Positions 36,616 to 46,880 of a stretch of DNA of 64,000 bases are shown one piece after another. The notes beneath the pieces are model-generated. The model was given only the letters and a program-made list of their open reading frames with translations, searched no databases and was not told where the DNA came from. The number at the start of each line of letters is the position of its first letter. Within the stretch, counting starts at the first letter, position 1. Source of the stretch: Gemmatimonadota bacterium (GTDB lineage Bacteria > Gemmatimonadota > Gemmatimonadetes > Longimicrobiales > Gaopeijiaceae); contig JBDHHQ010000013.1 in NCBI GenBank assembly GCA_039589315.1, positions 64,001-128,000 of the forward strand, read 5' to 3'. The translations under genes were made by a program, and so were the position numbers.

Positions 36616-36906
36616 TCATGTCTTCGTCCATTCGTGTGTCGCAGCGATCAGGGGTTCGATCTCCTGTTGAAGCGATCCGGCCGCTCGCGCTTCTACGAGC
36701 GAGCGCTGTGTGCCCTCGGATGGCTTGTCACCGGGACGGTCACTCATGTGACACCCCATCGCGGCTGTGACGGCGATCGCCAGCAAGAGAGGCATGGCGG
36801 GCTTCAGGGGGTACAGTCGCCCCATCCCGCCTCGCGTCCTGAGTGGGGGCTCCCGCACCGAGAGCTCCAGGGGCGGGTTCCGGGCTCGGCTGATTGTCGT
36901 CTTCAT
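36616..36906 (-). CDS. Small putative lipoprotein (up to 96 aa)
   Basis: GGGAG SD before ATG 36906; hydrophobic LLLAIAVTAAMGC lipobox-like segment; an internal Met may be the real start. Confidence 0.5.
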   Translation of the reverse strand: MKTTISRARNPPLELSVREPPLRTRGGMGRLYPLKPAMPLLLAIAVTAAMGCHMSDRPGDKPSEGTQRSLVEARAAGSLQQEIEPLIAATHEWTKT

Positions 36907-36986
36907 GTCTTCATCTCCCGTTCGAGGGTCTTGGCCGCTCGCAGGCCGTGACCGGATGCGTCGGCCGGTCAAACGGCCGCACGTTC

Positions 36987-37130
36987 TCAGACCAGGTATC
37001 CCGCCGCGTCCGCCACGGGGTACATGAGCGCCACCACGACGCCGAAGTACGCGACCAGGATCCCCAGGGCCTGGACAACCGTCGCACCCCGGGCTCGTCT
37101 CTCTCGCCATGCGGGTTTGCGTGTGCTCAT
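36987..37130 (-). CDS. Small single-TM protein (47 aa)
   Basis: SD AAGGAGG; MSTRKPAWRERRARGATVVQALGILVAYFGVVVALMYPVADAAGYLV. Confidence 0.65.
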   Translation of the reverse strand: MSTRKPAWRERRARGATVVQALGILVAYFGVVVALMYPVADAAGYLV

Positions 37131-37184
37131 CGGATTCCTCCTTGGTGTCCGGGGGGGCGACCGCCACCACCCATTGGGTCGTTT

Positions 37185-37313
37185 CTAGAGCAGCCTGTCG
37201 CCGAAGTGGACCAGCTCGGCCCAGGCGCCCGCGTGGTCCAGGAGCACTTTCAGGAGCGTCAAGGTCAGGAGCCCCCAGTAGAACCATCGGTCGGGCCGCT
37301 CCCGGGCTTGCAT
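37185..37313 (-). CDS. Small hydrophobic protein (42 aa)
   Basis: SD AGGAGGAG; MQARERPDRWFYWGLLTLTLLKVLLDHAGAWAELVHFGDRLL. Confidence 0.6.
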   Translation of the reverse strand: MQARERPDRWFYWGLLTLTLLKVLLDHAGAWAELVHFGDRLL

Positions 37314-37460
37314 CGTTCCCACTCCTCCTGTCGGACCATCCGGCGCCGCTCATCGGCGCGGTGCGTGATGACACGATGCAGGAGCGGCCTCAGCGACCCC
37401 TCAGCCCGGTCTCATCCCGAGAGGGCCTCCATCAGCCGGCTATCATCCGAAAGCCGGTCA

Positions 37461-37484
37461 TGTCTCTTAACTAGTTTATGGACA
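37461..37484. promoter_or_regulatory. AT-rich imperfect palindrome (operator-like)
   Basis: TGTCTCTTA-ACTAGT-TTATGGACA. Confidence 0.5.
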
Positions 37485-37681
37485 GGGAGTTGACCGACTA
37501 CTCGCTCAGGGAGAGATCGGGGTCGCGAGTGGCTCGATCCCGGCCGCGAGGCCGAGGGATGGAGGCGGGGAAAGGGCGGCGCGTGCAGCCATGGGCGGGT
37601 GACCCATGCAGTGGTGGGTGGGGCTCGCGAGGCTGCGCTCCCCGTGATCAGGCCGGCTTCGGGACGGCGCCGGCCAACCGG

Positions 37682-39514
37682 CTACTTCAGGGCCCGGGCC
37701 GCCTTCTTCCGCTGGTTTCTGTCCAGAACACGCTTCCGCAGGCGGATTCGGTCCGGCGTCACCTCGATGAGCTCGTCCGGCTCGATGAACTCGAGGGCCA
37801 GCTCCAGCGTGATCTGACGCGGTGGCTCCAGTCGGATGTTCTCGTCCGAGGCGGTCGTGCGCATGTTCGTGAGCTTCTTGCCTTTGCTGACGTTCACGTC
37901 CAGGTCCCCGGGCCGGGAGTGCTCGCCCACGATCATGCCTTCGTAGACCTCGGCGCCGGGCGCTACGAACATCGTTCCCCGCTCCTGCAGGTTGAACAGG
38001 GCGAAGCCCACCGTCACGCCTGTCCGATCCGCCGCCAGCACCCCTCGCGGTCGGCCCTGGAGGTCCCCGGCCCAGGGGCCGTACTCCAGGAAGTTGTGAT
38101 GCAGTGTGCCCTCGCCCCGCGTGTCCGTGAGGAACTCGGACCGGTACCCGAACAGGCCCCGAGCGGGAATCCGAAAGCGCAACCGCACCGACCCCCGTCC
38201 GGTCGGATCCATGTCGGTCATCTCGCCCCGGCGGGGGCCCAGCTTCTCGATCACCGCTCCCACCATCTCCGACGGCACCTCCACGACGGCCTCCTCGTAC
38301 GGCTCGAGGAGCCTGCCGCCGTCGTCCCGACGCGTGATCACGCGGGGCCGGGAGACCTGGAACTCGTACCCCTCCCGTCTCATGGTCTCCATCAGGATGG
38401 ACAGGTGGAGCTCACCCCGCCCCGAGACGGTCAGCGTGTCCGGGCTGTCCGTCTCCTCCACCCTCAGAGCCACGTTCTGCTCCAGCTCCTTCAGGAGCCG
38501 GTCGCGCACCTGCCGTGACGTCACGTACTTGCCGGACCGGCCGGCCATGGGCGAGTTGTTCACGGAGAAGTCGACCGACAGGGTCGGCTCCTCCACCGCG
38601 ATGCCGCGGAGGCGCTCGGTGTGATTCGGATCGGTCAGCGTCTTGCCGATCTCGACGCCTTCCAGTCCCGCCAGCGCCACGATGTCACCGGCCAGGGCTT
38701 CGGCCACATCCAGCCGCTCGAGCCCACTGAACGAGTAGAGCTTCGCCACCGTCGCTTCCTCCGCATCCTCCTCGGACACCGGCCCCGGCTCGCCGAGGGC
38801 GAGCAGGGACACCCGCTCGCCCACGTTGACCCGCCCGCGCTCGACGCGGCCGATGGCGATCCGGCCGACGTAGGGCGAGTAGTCCAGCGTCGAGATGAGC
38901 ATCTGGAAAGGGCCCTCGGGGTCCGTTGTCGGCGGCGGTACCGAGCCCAGAATGGTGTCGAACAGGGCCGCGAGCCCGTCCGTTCGGTGGTCGGGTTCGG
39001 TGGACGCCCAACCGTCCCGGCCCGACGCGTAGAGGAACGGAGCGTCGAGCTGGTCATCGGCGGCCTCGAGCTCCATGAACAGCTCCAGCACCTCGTCGTG
39101 GACCTCCATGGGGCGTGCGTCCGGGCGGTCCACCTTGTTGATGACGACTACGGGCATGAGACCCAGCTCGAGCGCCTTGCGCGTGACGAAGCGAGTCTGG
39201 GGCATGGGGCCTTCGGCCGCGTCGACGAGGAGGATCACTCCGTCCACCATCCGGAGGATCCGCTCCACCTCGCCCCCGAAGTCGGCGTGCCCGGGCGTGT
39301 CCACGATGTTGACCTTGTGATCGCCCCAGGTGACGGCCGTGTTCTTGGACAGGATCGTGATCCCCCGCTCCCGCTCGAGCGGGTTCGAGTCCATGACCCT
39401 CTCCATCACGTGCTGCCCCTCCCGGAAGACGCCGGCCTGGCGGAGCATCTCGTCCACCAGCGTGGTCTTGCCGTGATCCACGTGGGCAATGATCGCGACG
39501 TTGCGGATGTCCAT
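37682..39514 (-). CDS. typA: Translational GTPase TypA/BipA
   Basis: [44 protein letters not shown]. Confidence 0.98.
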   Translation of the reverse strand: MDIRNVAIIAHVDHGKTTLVDEMLRQAGVFREGQHVMERVMDSNPLERERGITILSKNTAVTWGDHKVNIVDTPGHADFGGEVERILRMVDGVILLVDAAEGPMPQTRFVTRKALELGLMPVVVINKVDRPDARPMEVHDEVLELFMELEAADDQLDAPFLYASGRDGWASTEPDHRTDGLAALFDTILGSVPPPTTDPEGPFQMLISTLDYSPYVGRIAIGRVERGRVNVGERVSLLALGEPGPVSEEDAEEATVAKLYSFSGLERLDVAEALAGDIVALAGLEGVEIGKTLTDPNHTERLRGIAVEEPTLSVDFSVNNSPMAGRSGKYVTSRQVRDRLLKELEQNVALRVEETDSPDTLTVSGRGELHLSILMETMRREGYEFQVSRPRVITRRDDGGRLLEPYEEAVVEVPSEMVGAVIEKLGPRRGEMTDMDPTGRGSVRLRFRIPARGLFGYRSEFLTDTRGEGTLHHNFLEYGPWAGDLQGRPRGVLAADRTGVTVGFALFNLQERGTMFVAPGAEVYEGMIVGEHSRPGDLDVNVSKGKKLTNMRTTASDENIRLEPPRQITLELALEFIEPDELIEVTPDRIRLRKRVLDRNQRKKAARALK

Positions 39515-39760
39515 GACGCTGCCACTCCGTTTCCCTCGTGACCCGAGCCGCGAGAAGCGCCGGGCCGCCGCGGGATCGAGGCGGAACGATCACCGCCTCC
39601 TTTCGATCCGTTCTGTTGCGGGCGTAATCTAACCGCAAAGCCCGACTCGGTGTGGTGCGCGGCCCCGGGGCTCGGCACCGCGGACCGCAGGCACCCACGG
39701 GTCGGCTGCTGCGCTGCGCCCGGCTGGGCCTTCGCGGTAGATTGAGGCCGCAGCTCGGAC

Positions 39761-41086
39761 ATGCGCCCGCGAAACCACCCTGGAGCTTCCGTGGTCCGAC
39801 ACCTTCTGCTCTCAGCCGCAGCGATTCTGCTGACCGCCTCCTCGTCCCGGGCTCAGACGATCGAGGGACGATACCGCGACGAGGTGCGGTCCCTCGCCAC
39901 CCAGTCCACCGTTGCAGACGCCCTCGCCCGGGTCGAGGCCTTCGACACATGGAGCATGGAGCGTCTTGTCGAGCTGACCGAGATCCCTGCCCCTCCCTTC
40001 ATGGAGGAGACCCGTACCCGCCGCTTCGCCGAGTTGCTGGCGGAGGTGGGGGCAGACTCGGTCTGGATCGACGAGGAGGGCAACGCGATCGGGCTCCGCC
40101 ACGGCCAGGGCGGCGGCAGGACCGTCGCCATCGGCGGCCACCTGGACACGGTGTTCCCGGAAGGCACGGACGTGACCGTTCGCATGCGCGGCGACACCCT
40201 GTTCGCCCCGGGGGTCGGCGATGACACTCGGGGCCTGGTGGTGGTGTTGACGGTGCTCCGGGCCATGGTCGAGGCGGACGTGCGGACCCGTGACGACGTG
40301 CTCTTCGTGGGTGTGGTGGGTGAGGAGGGTCCGGGCGATCTGCGAGGCATGAAGCACCTGTTCCGCGAGGGAGCCCCCGCCGCCATCGACGCATGGGTCG
40401 AGATCGACGGCGGCGGCTTCGACCGTCTGGTGACCCAGGGACTGGGCTCCGTCCGCTACCGCGTGTCCTTCAAGGGCCCCGGGGGGCATTCTTGGGGGGC
40501 ATTCGGGCTGGCCAATCCCGCCCACGCCCTCGGCCAGGCCGTCCGGTACTTCCAGGAGACGGCCGATACGCTGACCCGGTCCGGCCCGCAGACCAGCTAC
40601 AACGTGGGGCGCATCGGCGGGGGCACCTCGGTGAACTCGATTCCCTTCGAGGCCTGGATGGAGGTGGACATGCGCTCCCACTCGCCAGAGAGCCTCGACC
40701 GGATCGAGACCGCGTTCCTCGACGCCATGGAGCGGGGTGTACGGGGAGAGAACGAGCTGCGGCGGGAAGGCCCCGAGCTGGAGCTGGTAGCGGACAAGAT
40801 CGGGGACCGGCCCTCCGGCGAGCTCGAGCCCGGGCTCCCTTTGATCCAGCGGGCCATGGCGGCCACGGAGCACTTCGGAGGCGAGCCGTCCCTGGGCCGA
40901 TCGTCCACGGACTCGAACATCCCCATCTCGCTGGGCATCCCGGCCGTGACCCTGGGCCGTGGCGGCGCTGGCGAGGGCGGCCACTCCCCCGGCGAATGGT
41001 GGCTCAACCGCGATGGTCACCTGGCCATTCAGCGGGCGCTGCTGGTCGTGGTGGCCGAGACGGGTCTCGCGGGCCTGGTGCCCTGA
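39761..41086 (+). CDS. M20/M25/M40 family metallopeptidase, secreted
   Basis: Signal peptide; GHLDTVF, PGVGDD, GEEG, GPGGHSW, STDSN. Confidence 0.9.
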   Translation: MRPRNHPGASVVRHLLLSAAAILLTASSSRAQTIEGRYRDEVRSLATQSTVADALARVEAFDTWSMERLVELTEIPAPPFMEETRTRRFAELLAEVGADSVWIDEEGNAIGLRHGQGGGRTVAIGGHLDTVFPEGTDVTVRMRGDTLFAPGVGDDTRGLVVVLTVLRAMVEADVRTRDDVLFVGVVGEEGPGDLRGMKHLFREGAPAAIDAWVEIDGGGFDRLVTQGLGSVRYRVSFKGPGGHSWGAFGLANPAHALGQAVRYFQETADTLTRSGPQTSYNVGRIGGGTSVNSIPFEAWMEVDMRSHSPESLDRIETAFLDAMERGVRGENELRREGPELELVADKIGDRPSGELEPGLPLIQRAMAATEHFGGEPSLGRSSTDSNIPISLGIPAVTLGRGGAGEGGHSPGEWWLNRDGHLAIQRALLVVVAETGLAGLVP

Positions 41087-41267
41087 GCCATGGAGGAGTC
41101 TCGACACCCGACACCTGTGACCGACCTTCCCATACCGGTGAAGCTGGGCCGAGCCGACACGATCGACGGGATTCGGGCCGGGTTCGTGCTGGGCGAGGCC
41201 GTGGATCGAGGCGGCAGATGCGGGAGACGGCGCCGCCCGCCCGGGCACGTCCCCTCCCCGCGTCGCC

Positions 41268-42245
41268 TCAGTCGCCCAGCACGTACGAGAAGACGAGTGG
41301 CGCCACGATGGTGGCGTCCGAGATGACCACGAACTTGGGTGTTTCCACGGCCAGCTTCCCCCAGGTGATCTTCTCGTTGGGCGGCGCGCCGGAATACCCG
41401 CCGTAAGACGGATCTGCGTCGGTGATCTGGGCGAAATAGCCCCAGAAGGGCACGTCTCGCCGAAGATCCTGGATGATGGACGGCACCGCGCAGATCGCGA
41501 AGTCACCTGCGATCCCCCCTCCGATCTGGAAGAACCCCACCGACGGACGGTCTCCCAGATCGGCGGCCTCCGCCATATACCACTCCATCAGGTGCTGGAA
41601 CTGCTCGGTGCCGGAGACCACGCACCCGTGATGCGGCACATCGCCTCGGAGCACAGCCGCGGCCAGGAAGTTGCCGGTGGTCGAGTCCTCCCATCCCGGC
41701 GCGTAGACCGGGACGCCCTTCTGCGCGGCGGCCAGCAGCCACGAATCGGCCGGGTCGACGGCGTAGTGCTCCTCCAGGGCGCCGGAGAGGAGGATGTCGG
41801 CGAGGAACTCCGCGGGCAACTTCCGCACCCCGGCCTCGTCGGCCGCGCGCCAGGCGACCACCAGGTGATCCTCCAGATGCCGCATGACGGTCTCGGGGAT
41901 GCACGTATCCGTGACCCGGTTCATGCCCCGCCGGTACAGTCCCAACTCGTCCTCGGCCGAAAGGGCCCTCCAGCTCGCGATCGTCTCGTACTGGTCGTTG
42001 GCCACGAGGTTGAAGACGTCCTCCTCGAGGTTGGCACCGGTGCAGGAGATGGCGTGGACCTTCCCCTCCCGGATCATGCGAGCCAGGGAGATCCCGAGCT
42101 CCGCGGTGGACATGGCGCCGGCCAGAGCTACGAGCATCCTACCGCCGGCCTCCACGTGGGCCTCGTACGCCCTGGCGGCCGCCACCGCCTCCCTGGCGTT
42201 GAAGTGCCGGTAGTGACGGGTCATGAACTCACGGATGGCTCCCAT
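41268..42245 (-). CDS. Deoxyhypusine synthase family protein (homospermidine-synthase-like)
   Basis: LAGAMSTA, CTGANLEED, IGGG, SGAPPNEKITWGK, SDATIVAP; start refined. Confidence 0.92.
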   Translation of the reverse strand: MGAIREFMTRHYRHFNAREAVAAARAYEAHVEAGGRMLVALAGAMSTAELGISLARMIREGKVHAISCTGANLEEDVFNLVANDQYETIASWRALSAEDELGLYRRGMNRVTDTCIPETVMRHLEDHLVVAWRAADEAGVRKLPAEFLADILLSGALEEHYAVDPADSWLLAAAQKGVPVYAPGWEDSTTGNFLAAAVLRGDVPHHGCVVSGTEQFQHLMEWYMAEAADLGDRPSVGFFQIGGGIAGDFAICAVPSIIQDLRRDVPFWGYFAQITDADPSYGGYSGAPPNEKITWGKLAVETPKFVVISDATIVAPLVFSYVLGD

Positions 42246-42430
42246 GCGAACGCTCCAGTGGGGGTCCGGCTGCCGCGCGCCCACGGCGCGACGTGAAACT
42301 GGCGGAAAGTACACGCCAGGCAGGCAAAGTGAATGTCGCTCGCCTCGCGGCGAGCAGCCGACGTCGCAACGCCCTCTCCACGCCGGGCGGGGCGGCGGTC
42401 GCGCCCCGGTGCGACGGCGCCGCCCTGCTC

Positions 42431-43174
42431 CTAGGCGGGTACCAACCGCAGACGCCAGCGTCGCCGGGCGCCCCGATGCCACGCCTCTCCCAGCTGCTCG
42501 GCACCGTCGAACCTCTGCCCTTCGACGTCCCGGAAGGGGAGCTGAAGCGGCAGTGGGCCGTCGCCGAATCGGAACGGAGCTACGGCCAGCGTCGACGGGT
42601 CCAGCCAGCGCGCGTCGACGCGGCCGCCGCCGGGCGTTGCGTAGGAGCCAGTCAGCCAGGACGGGGCGCTCGTGCCGACGGCTCCGGGCGGCGTGAGGCA
42701 GGCGTGGAGGGAGAGCACGTCGAACAGGCGGAGGTAGGCCAGATCGAGATCCACCCGCTCCGGGGCGGGCGCGCGATTGCCCAGCCACCCGAGGATACGG
42801 CGGCGGCGCTCCGCCTCCTTCCGCACGAACCAGGCCGGCGCTCCGGCGAACGTCGCGTAGTGGAGGCTCACCAGCGCTGCAGCGTACGGATGGAGCCGAG
42901 CCACCCGGGCGATGCCCTGGGCGGCGCTGCGGAACTTCGTGTCGCGGGGGAAGTCCAGGAAGTCGTGTGGGCGGCCCGTCTCGGCGTTCCAGCGGGGCTC
43001 CGCGTCGAGGCGGCGCCACGCCAGGTCGTGGAGCGACGTCGCCAGGACCAGGACGTCCGACACGGCGGGCTCGTCCTGGGCCACGTGCCACGCCAGCGCC
43101 AACTCGCCGGAGAGGAGGGCATGGTCGTGCTGACGGAAAAGACGGAGGTTGCCGTGCCGCCGTTGGACGATCAC
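42431..43174 (-). CDS. DUF3891 family protein
   Basis: QHDHALLSGELA, HDLAW, PYAAALVSLH motifs. Confidence 0.82.
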   Translation of the reverse strand: MIVQRRHGNLRLFRQHDHALLSGELALAWHVAQDEPAVSDVLVLATSLHDLAWRRLDAEPRWNAETGRPHDFLDFPRDTKFRSAAQGIARVARLHPYAAALVSLHYATFAGAPAWFVRKEAERRRRILGWLGNRAPAPERVDLDLAYLRLFDVLSLHACLTPPGAVGTSAPSWLTGSYATPGGGRVDARWLDPSTLAVAPFRFGDGPLPLQLPFRDVEGQRFDGAEQLGEAWHRGARRRWRLRLVPA

Positions 43175-43205
43175 GCTGCCGGCGGCGGTGGCCGGGGTGG
43201 CGCGA

Positions 43206-44810
43206 TCAGGGACGGTGACTCCGTTGGAGGACCTGGCCCGCCAGAATGCCCGTGACCTCGCCGTCGTCCACCGCGGCCGCCCCGTTGACCCAGAGGTAGG
43301 CCACCCCTTCGGCGAGATTTCGCGGGTCCCCGAACGTGGCGTCGGTCCGGAGCCGCGCCAGGTCGAAGACCACTAGGTCAGCCACCGCCCCGGGCCGAAG
43401 CACCCCCCGGTCGGCCATGCGGAACACGGTCGCCGGGAGACTGGTCATGGAGCGAACGGCCGAGGCCAGGTCCACCACGCCCTCGTCTCGCGCGTAGACG
43501 GCCAGCTTGCGGGTGAAGGCGCCGTAGGACCTGGGGTGCGGCACTCCGTCGGCCTCCGTGTCCAGGCCACCGTCCGACGCCGTCATGGTCCAGGGTAGCG
43601 CCATGAACGCGCGCACGTCGTCCTCGCGCATCGAGTGGGACACGATGCTGGGTGAGCCCTCCAGCAGGAGCTCGATCGCCGCGCTGACGGGGTCGATCCC
43701 GCGGGCCGTCGCGAACTCCGAGAGGAGCCCGCCCTCCAGGCTCTTGGCCGACTCCACCTCCCGGAACTGGATGCGCGCCGCGCCGCCGCGTCGGGCCAGG
43801 TTCTCGGTCATGCCGGCCCGGACCCGAGGCGATATCTCGGGGTCCCGCAGCCGTTCCCGGAGGGCGTCCTCCCCTCCCTCCTGGGCCCACTTTGGGACCA
43901 GAGCCGAGCGAAGGCCGGTGGACCCGGCAGGATAGGGGTAGTGGTCGGCGAAGACCTCCACGCCCCGGGCCCGGGCCTCCTCGATCAGGGTGATGACGTC
44001 ACGCGCCATCCCCCACGCCTCCGGACCGAGGGCCTTGATGTGGGTCACCACGCCGCGAATGCCCGCCTCCTCCGCCACGGTGATGACCTCGTCCACGGCA
44101 GCGAGGAGGCCGATGGAATAGGTGGACTCGTCGCGAATGTGGCTCTGATAGGCACCGTTGAACTCGGCGACGACGTGGCCGAGAGCCACGACCTCATCGA
44201 TCCGCGCGAAGCCGCCAGGGGTGTAGAACAGCCCGGAGGACAACCCGAAGGCGCCCTCCTCCATACCGGCGCGCACCAGCGACCTCATCAGGTCCATCTG
44301 CTGCGGCGTCGGCGCGAGGTCCTCGAGCCCCATCACGGTCTCCCGAACCTGACCGTGCGGCACGAGCTGTCCGACGTTGACGCCCAGACCGTGAACCTCG
44401 AGCGCTTCCCGCTGGGTCAGGAGGTTCGCCTCACCTCCGCCGTCGGGATTCACCAGCACCGTCGTGATCCCCTGGGCCAGCAGGGGCACGGCTCCGCTCA
44501 GCTCCTCGGTGGTCAGGCCGTTACCGGCGTGCGAGTGGGTGTCGATGAAGCCCGGCGCGACGTAGAGGTCCCGGACATCCACCTCCTGAACGGCGCTCGC
44601 GCCATCCAGGTCGCCCACCGCGGCAATGCGCTGCCCCCGGATGGCCACGTCGGCCCGGTACCACGGGTTCCCGGATCCGTCCAACACGCGACCGCCGCGC
44701 AGGATCACGTCGTACGGGCCATCGGGGGGCCCGTCTGCAGAGGGTGCTGGGCCGCACGCGGCGAGCGTGAGCGCGGCCACGAGCAGGCCGGAAAGGATGA
44801 TCCTGCGCAT
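43206..44810 (-). CDS. N-acyl-D-amino-acid deacylase family amidohydrolase, lipoprotein
   Basis: Lipobox LAAC; PGFIDTHSH, HIRDE, ASDG, HPRSYG. Confidence 0.92.
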   Translation of the reverse strand: MRRIILSGLLVAALTLAACGPAPSADGPPDGPYDVILRGGRVLDGSGNPWYRADVAIRGQRIAAVGDLDGASAVQEVDVRDLYVAPGFIDTHSHAGNGLTTEELSGAVPLLAQGITTVLVNPDGGGEANLLTQREALEVHGLGVNVGQLVPHGQVRETVMGLEDLAPTPQQMDLMRSLVRAGMEEGAFGLSSGLFYTPGGFARIDEVVALGHVVAEFNGAYQSHIRDESTYSIGLLAAVDEVITVAEEAGIRGVVTHIKALGPEAWGMARDVITLIEEARARGVEVFADHYPYPAGSTGLRSALVPKWAQEGGEDALRERLRDPEISPRVRAGMTENLARRGGAARIQFREVESAKSLEGGLLSEFATARGIDPVSAAIELLLEGSPSIVSHSMREDDVRAFMALPWTMTASDGGLDTEADGVPHPRSYGAFTRKLAVYARDEGVVDLASAVRSMTSLPATVFRMADRGVLRPGAVADLVVFDLARLRTDATFGDPRNLAEGVAYLWVNGAAAVDDGEVTGILAGQVLQRSHRP

Positions 44811-44889
44811 GGGCTCCCCGTGGACGGAGGGGTATGTCTCGGCGAGCCCAATGTGAAGGGAAGTGGAGGCAGGCGCTACGGCCGGGGGG

Positions 44890-45762
44890 CTATCCCCCTC
44901 CACCCCCGACCCCGAGGACGGACCACCGGGTGAAGTACCCCAGCGTGAGGGCCGGACCCGCCGGCATATTCCGGCCGGAGAGGGTGAACCGGACCCCGCC
45001 CTGGGCGCCTCCGGGACCGATCTGGTACGAGACGTAGGGCGTCAGCGTCAAGAGGCGGCGCCTGGCGGTGCTGACGGGGATTCCCTCGAGGATGGGAGTG
45101 TCCCCCCAGAAGCCCTCGAAGTCGACCTTGTAGCCCCATCGCCCAACGTTGCCGCCCACCGCGGAGAAGAAGAAGACCTCGTCGCCCCAGTCCTGCCGCG
45201 TCTCCTCGTTCGCCTCCCGCCAACGGTACCCCACCCAGCCCATGGCGTAGACCGGTGCCGGCCAGAATGAATGCCCCACCTCTGCCATGAGCTCCCAGTC
45301 TCGCTGACCGTCCGTCAGGGGAATGATCTCCGAATCCACAGGGAACTCCGATCCGGGGAGCTTGATGCCGCCGCGGATCGCGAACGGAAAGTCCTTGCCG
45401 AACCAGCGCTGGGGGCTGGTCCGCAGCCAGAGCCTCACGTCGCCGACGCCCGTCCGAGCCCGGTCTCCCCCGAAGTCCGTGAAGTCGAGCGAGTGGATCG
45501 GAGCCTGCCCCCAGAAGTCGACGCCCTTGAACAGGCCGACGGCCACATCGATGAAGACGGAGTTCGTGACCGAGTGGCCGTCGAAGGGGAAGGGCTCCTT
45601 CGTGCCCTCTTCGTCGTAGCGCTGGCTCGTGTCCAGGTGGTAGTAGGCCAGGGACACCCAGCCAAAGCCCGGATGCTCGACCCACTGCGACTCGGCCTGG
45701 GCCGGTCCCCCCAGGACCGCCGTCAGGAGCGCCAGTCCCCCGACGGCCCGGCGCGGTTCCAC
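44890..45762 (-). CDS. Putative outer-membrane beta-barrel protein
   Basis: Signal peptide; alternating beta pattern; TGVGDVRLWLR; GTG overlaps the upstream stop. Confidence 0.75.
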   Translation of the reverse strand: MEPRRAVGGLALLTAVLGGPAQAESQWVEHPGFGWVSLAYYHLDTSQRYDEEGTKEPFPFDGHSVTNSVFIDVAVGLFKGVDFWGQAPIHSLDFTDFGGDRARTGVGDVRLWLRTSPQRWFGKDFPFAIRGGIKLPGSEFPVDSEIIPLTDGQRDWELMAEVGHSFWPAPVYAMGWVGYRWREANEETRQDWGDEVFFFSAVGGNVGRWGYKVDFEGFWGDTPILEGIPVSTARRRLLTLTPYVSYQIGPGGAQGGVRFTLSGRNMPAGPALTLGYFTRWSVLGVGGGGG

Positions 45763-46880
45763 TAGGGCTGCCAGAGCCGCGAGTCGCGGTGAAAGTTGAT
45801 CCACGCTCCCCAGAACGCCACGTACGTCTCCGGGATGGGCTCGAGCTCGGTGCCAGCCATCGGCCCGTCCACCGCGAGGCCCAGGACGTTCCACCGCGAT
45901 CCGGTCTGCTCGTCGAAGATGCCGTCGCGAGTGGCGGTGAAGGGCAGGACCTGTCCGTCGACGATGGGGCGGTACGCCATCCCGGCCTTCTTCTCCGTGT
46001 CCCAGAACAGGACCAACGGCAGGTCCAGGTGGGTGTCTTCCACCACGGTGAAGGGCCCCTCACGCGTCAGCGCCAACGTGGGAAAGGCGATCCCCGAGCC
46101 CGAGTAGTCCGGCACCCCGATCACGACCTCCTTCTGCAGCCGCCGGTTGTCCTGGATCGGCATCGCGAAGAAGAACTCGGGTTGATTGAGGGCATCGTAA
46201 TCGCCGTACGGATACCGGTTGTAGTCCCGATCGAAGGGAAGCCGTCCGGAGATCGCCAGTGTGTTCGGGTGGATTCGCCGCCACCCGTCCCAGCTGATCT
46301 CCACGATCGGCACCTGGGGAATCTGGAAGCCGTCGACGGGGCCGCAGCGAGCCTGAGCCAACATCTGTGGCCAGAGCGAGTCCTCGCTCGACGGTCCATT
46401 GGTCCGGTTGAACATGATCAGGTTGTTGTCGAACAGGAGACCGGAGACCCCCAAGAGCTGCCCGTCGATGGCGCTCCGATCGAACGCCAACGCCGATCCC
46501 GTGAGGGGGCAGAGGGTGACGGCCACCTCTTGGCCCCCCATGTCGAAGTTGACGATCTCGTGCCACCAGAGGATCGCATGGGGCACGGCGATCGGCTGCC
46601 CGTCCAGGACGATGCCGAGAACCCGGCTGTCGGGGTCCAGATAGTCCAGTGACGCGTCGTCCTTGCCCACCAGCTCCGGATTGGCGAGGGCCGGAATCCC
46701 GTCCCTCGGGATGCCGCCGCTTCGTACCCGGTTCGTGTCAATGGAGCAGACCAGGGACGTCTGTGGCTCATGAATCGAGTTGCCGACGTCCCGCGTGCAC
46801 CCCCACGCGCCCACGGTGGCCAGCATCAGAATCCTGCTGGCGGCTATCAACCAGCTTCTCGTCGAACGATCGACCGTCAT
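45762..46880 (-). CDS. DUF3179-domain lipoprotein
   Basis: SGGIPRDGIPAL, WHEIVN, VTLCPLTGS, GVSGLL, FWGAW; lipobox AWGC. Confidence 0.88.
   Translation of the reverse strand: MTVDRSTRSWLIAASRILMLATVGAWGCTRDVGNSIHEPQTSLVCSIDTNRVRSGGIPRDGIPALANPELVGKDDASLDYLDPDSRVLGIVLDGQPIAVPHAILWWHEIVNFDMGGQEVAVTLCPLTGSALAFDRSAIDGQLLGVSGLLFDNNLIMFNRTNGPSSEDSLWPQMLAQARCGPVDGFQIPQVPIVEISWDGWRRIHPNTLAISGRLPFDRDYNRYPYGDYDALNQPEFFFAMPIQDNRRLQKEVVIGVPDYSGSGIAFPTLALTREGPFTVVEDTHLDLPLVLFWDTEKKAGMAYRPIVDGQVLPFTATRDGIFDEQTGSRWNVLGLAVDGPMAGTELEPIPETYVAFWGAWINFHRDSRLWQP

Noticed and set aside
36616..37484. Integron-like cassette array (attI-like GTTAAGA followed by small ORFs)
   Set aside because: No integrase and no attC (RYYYAAC...GTTRRRY) between the ORFs.
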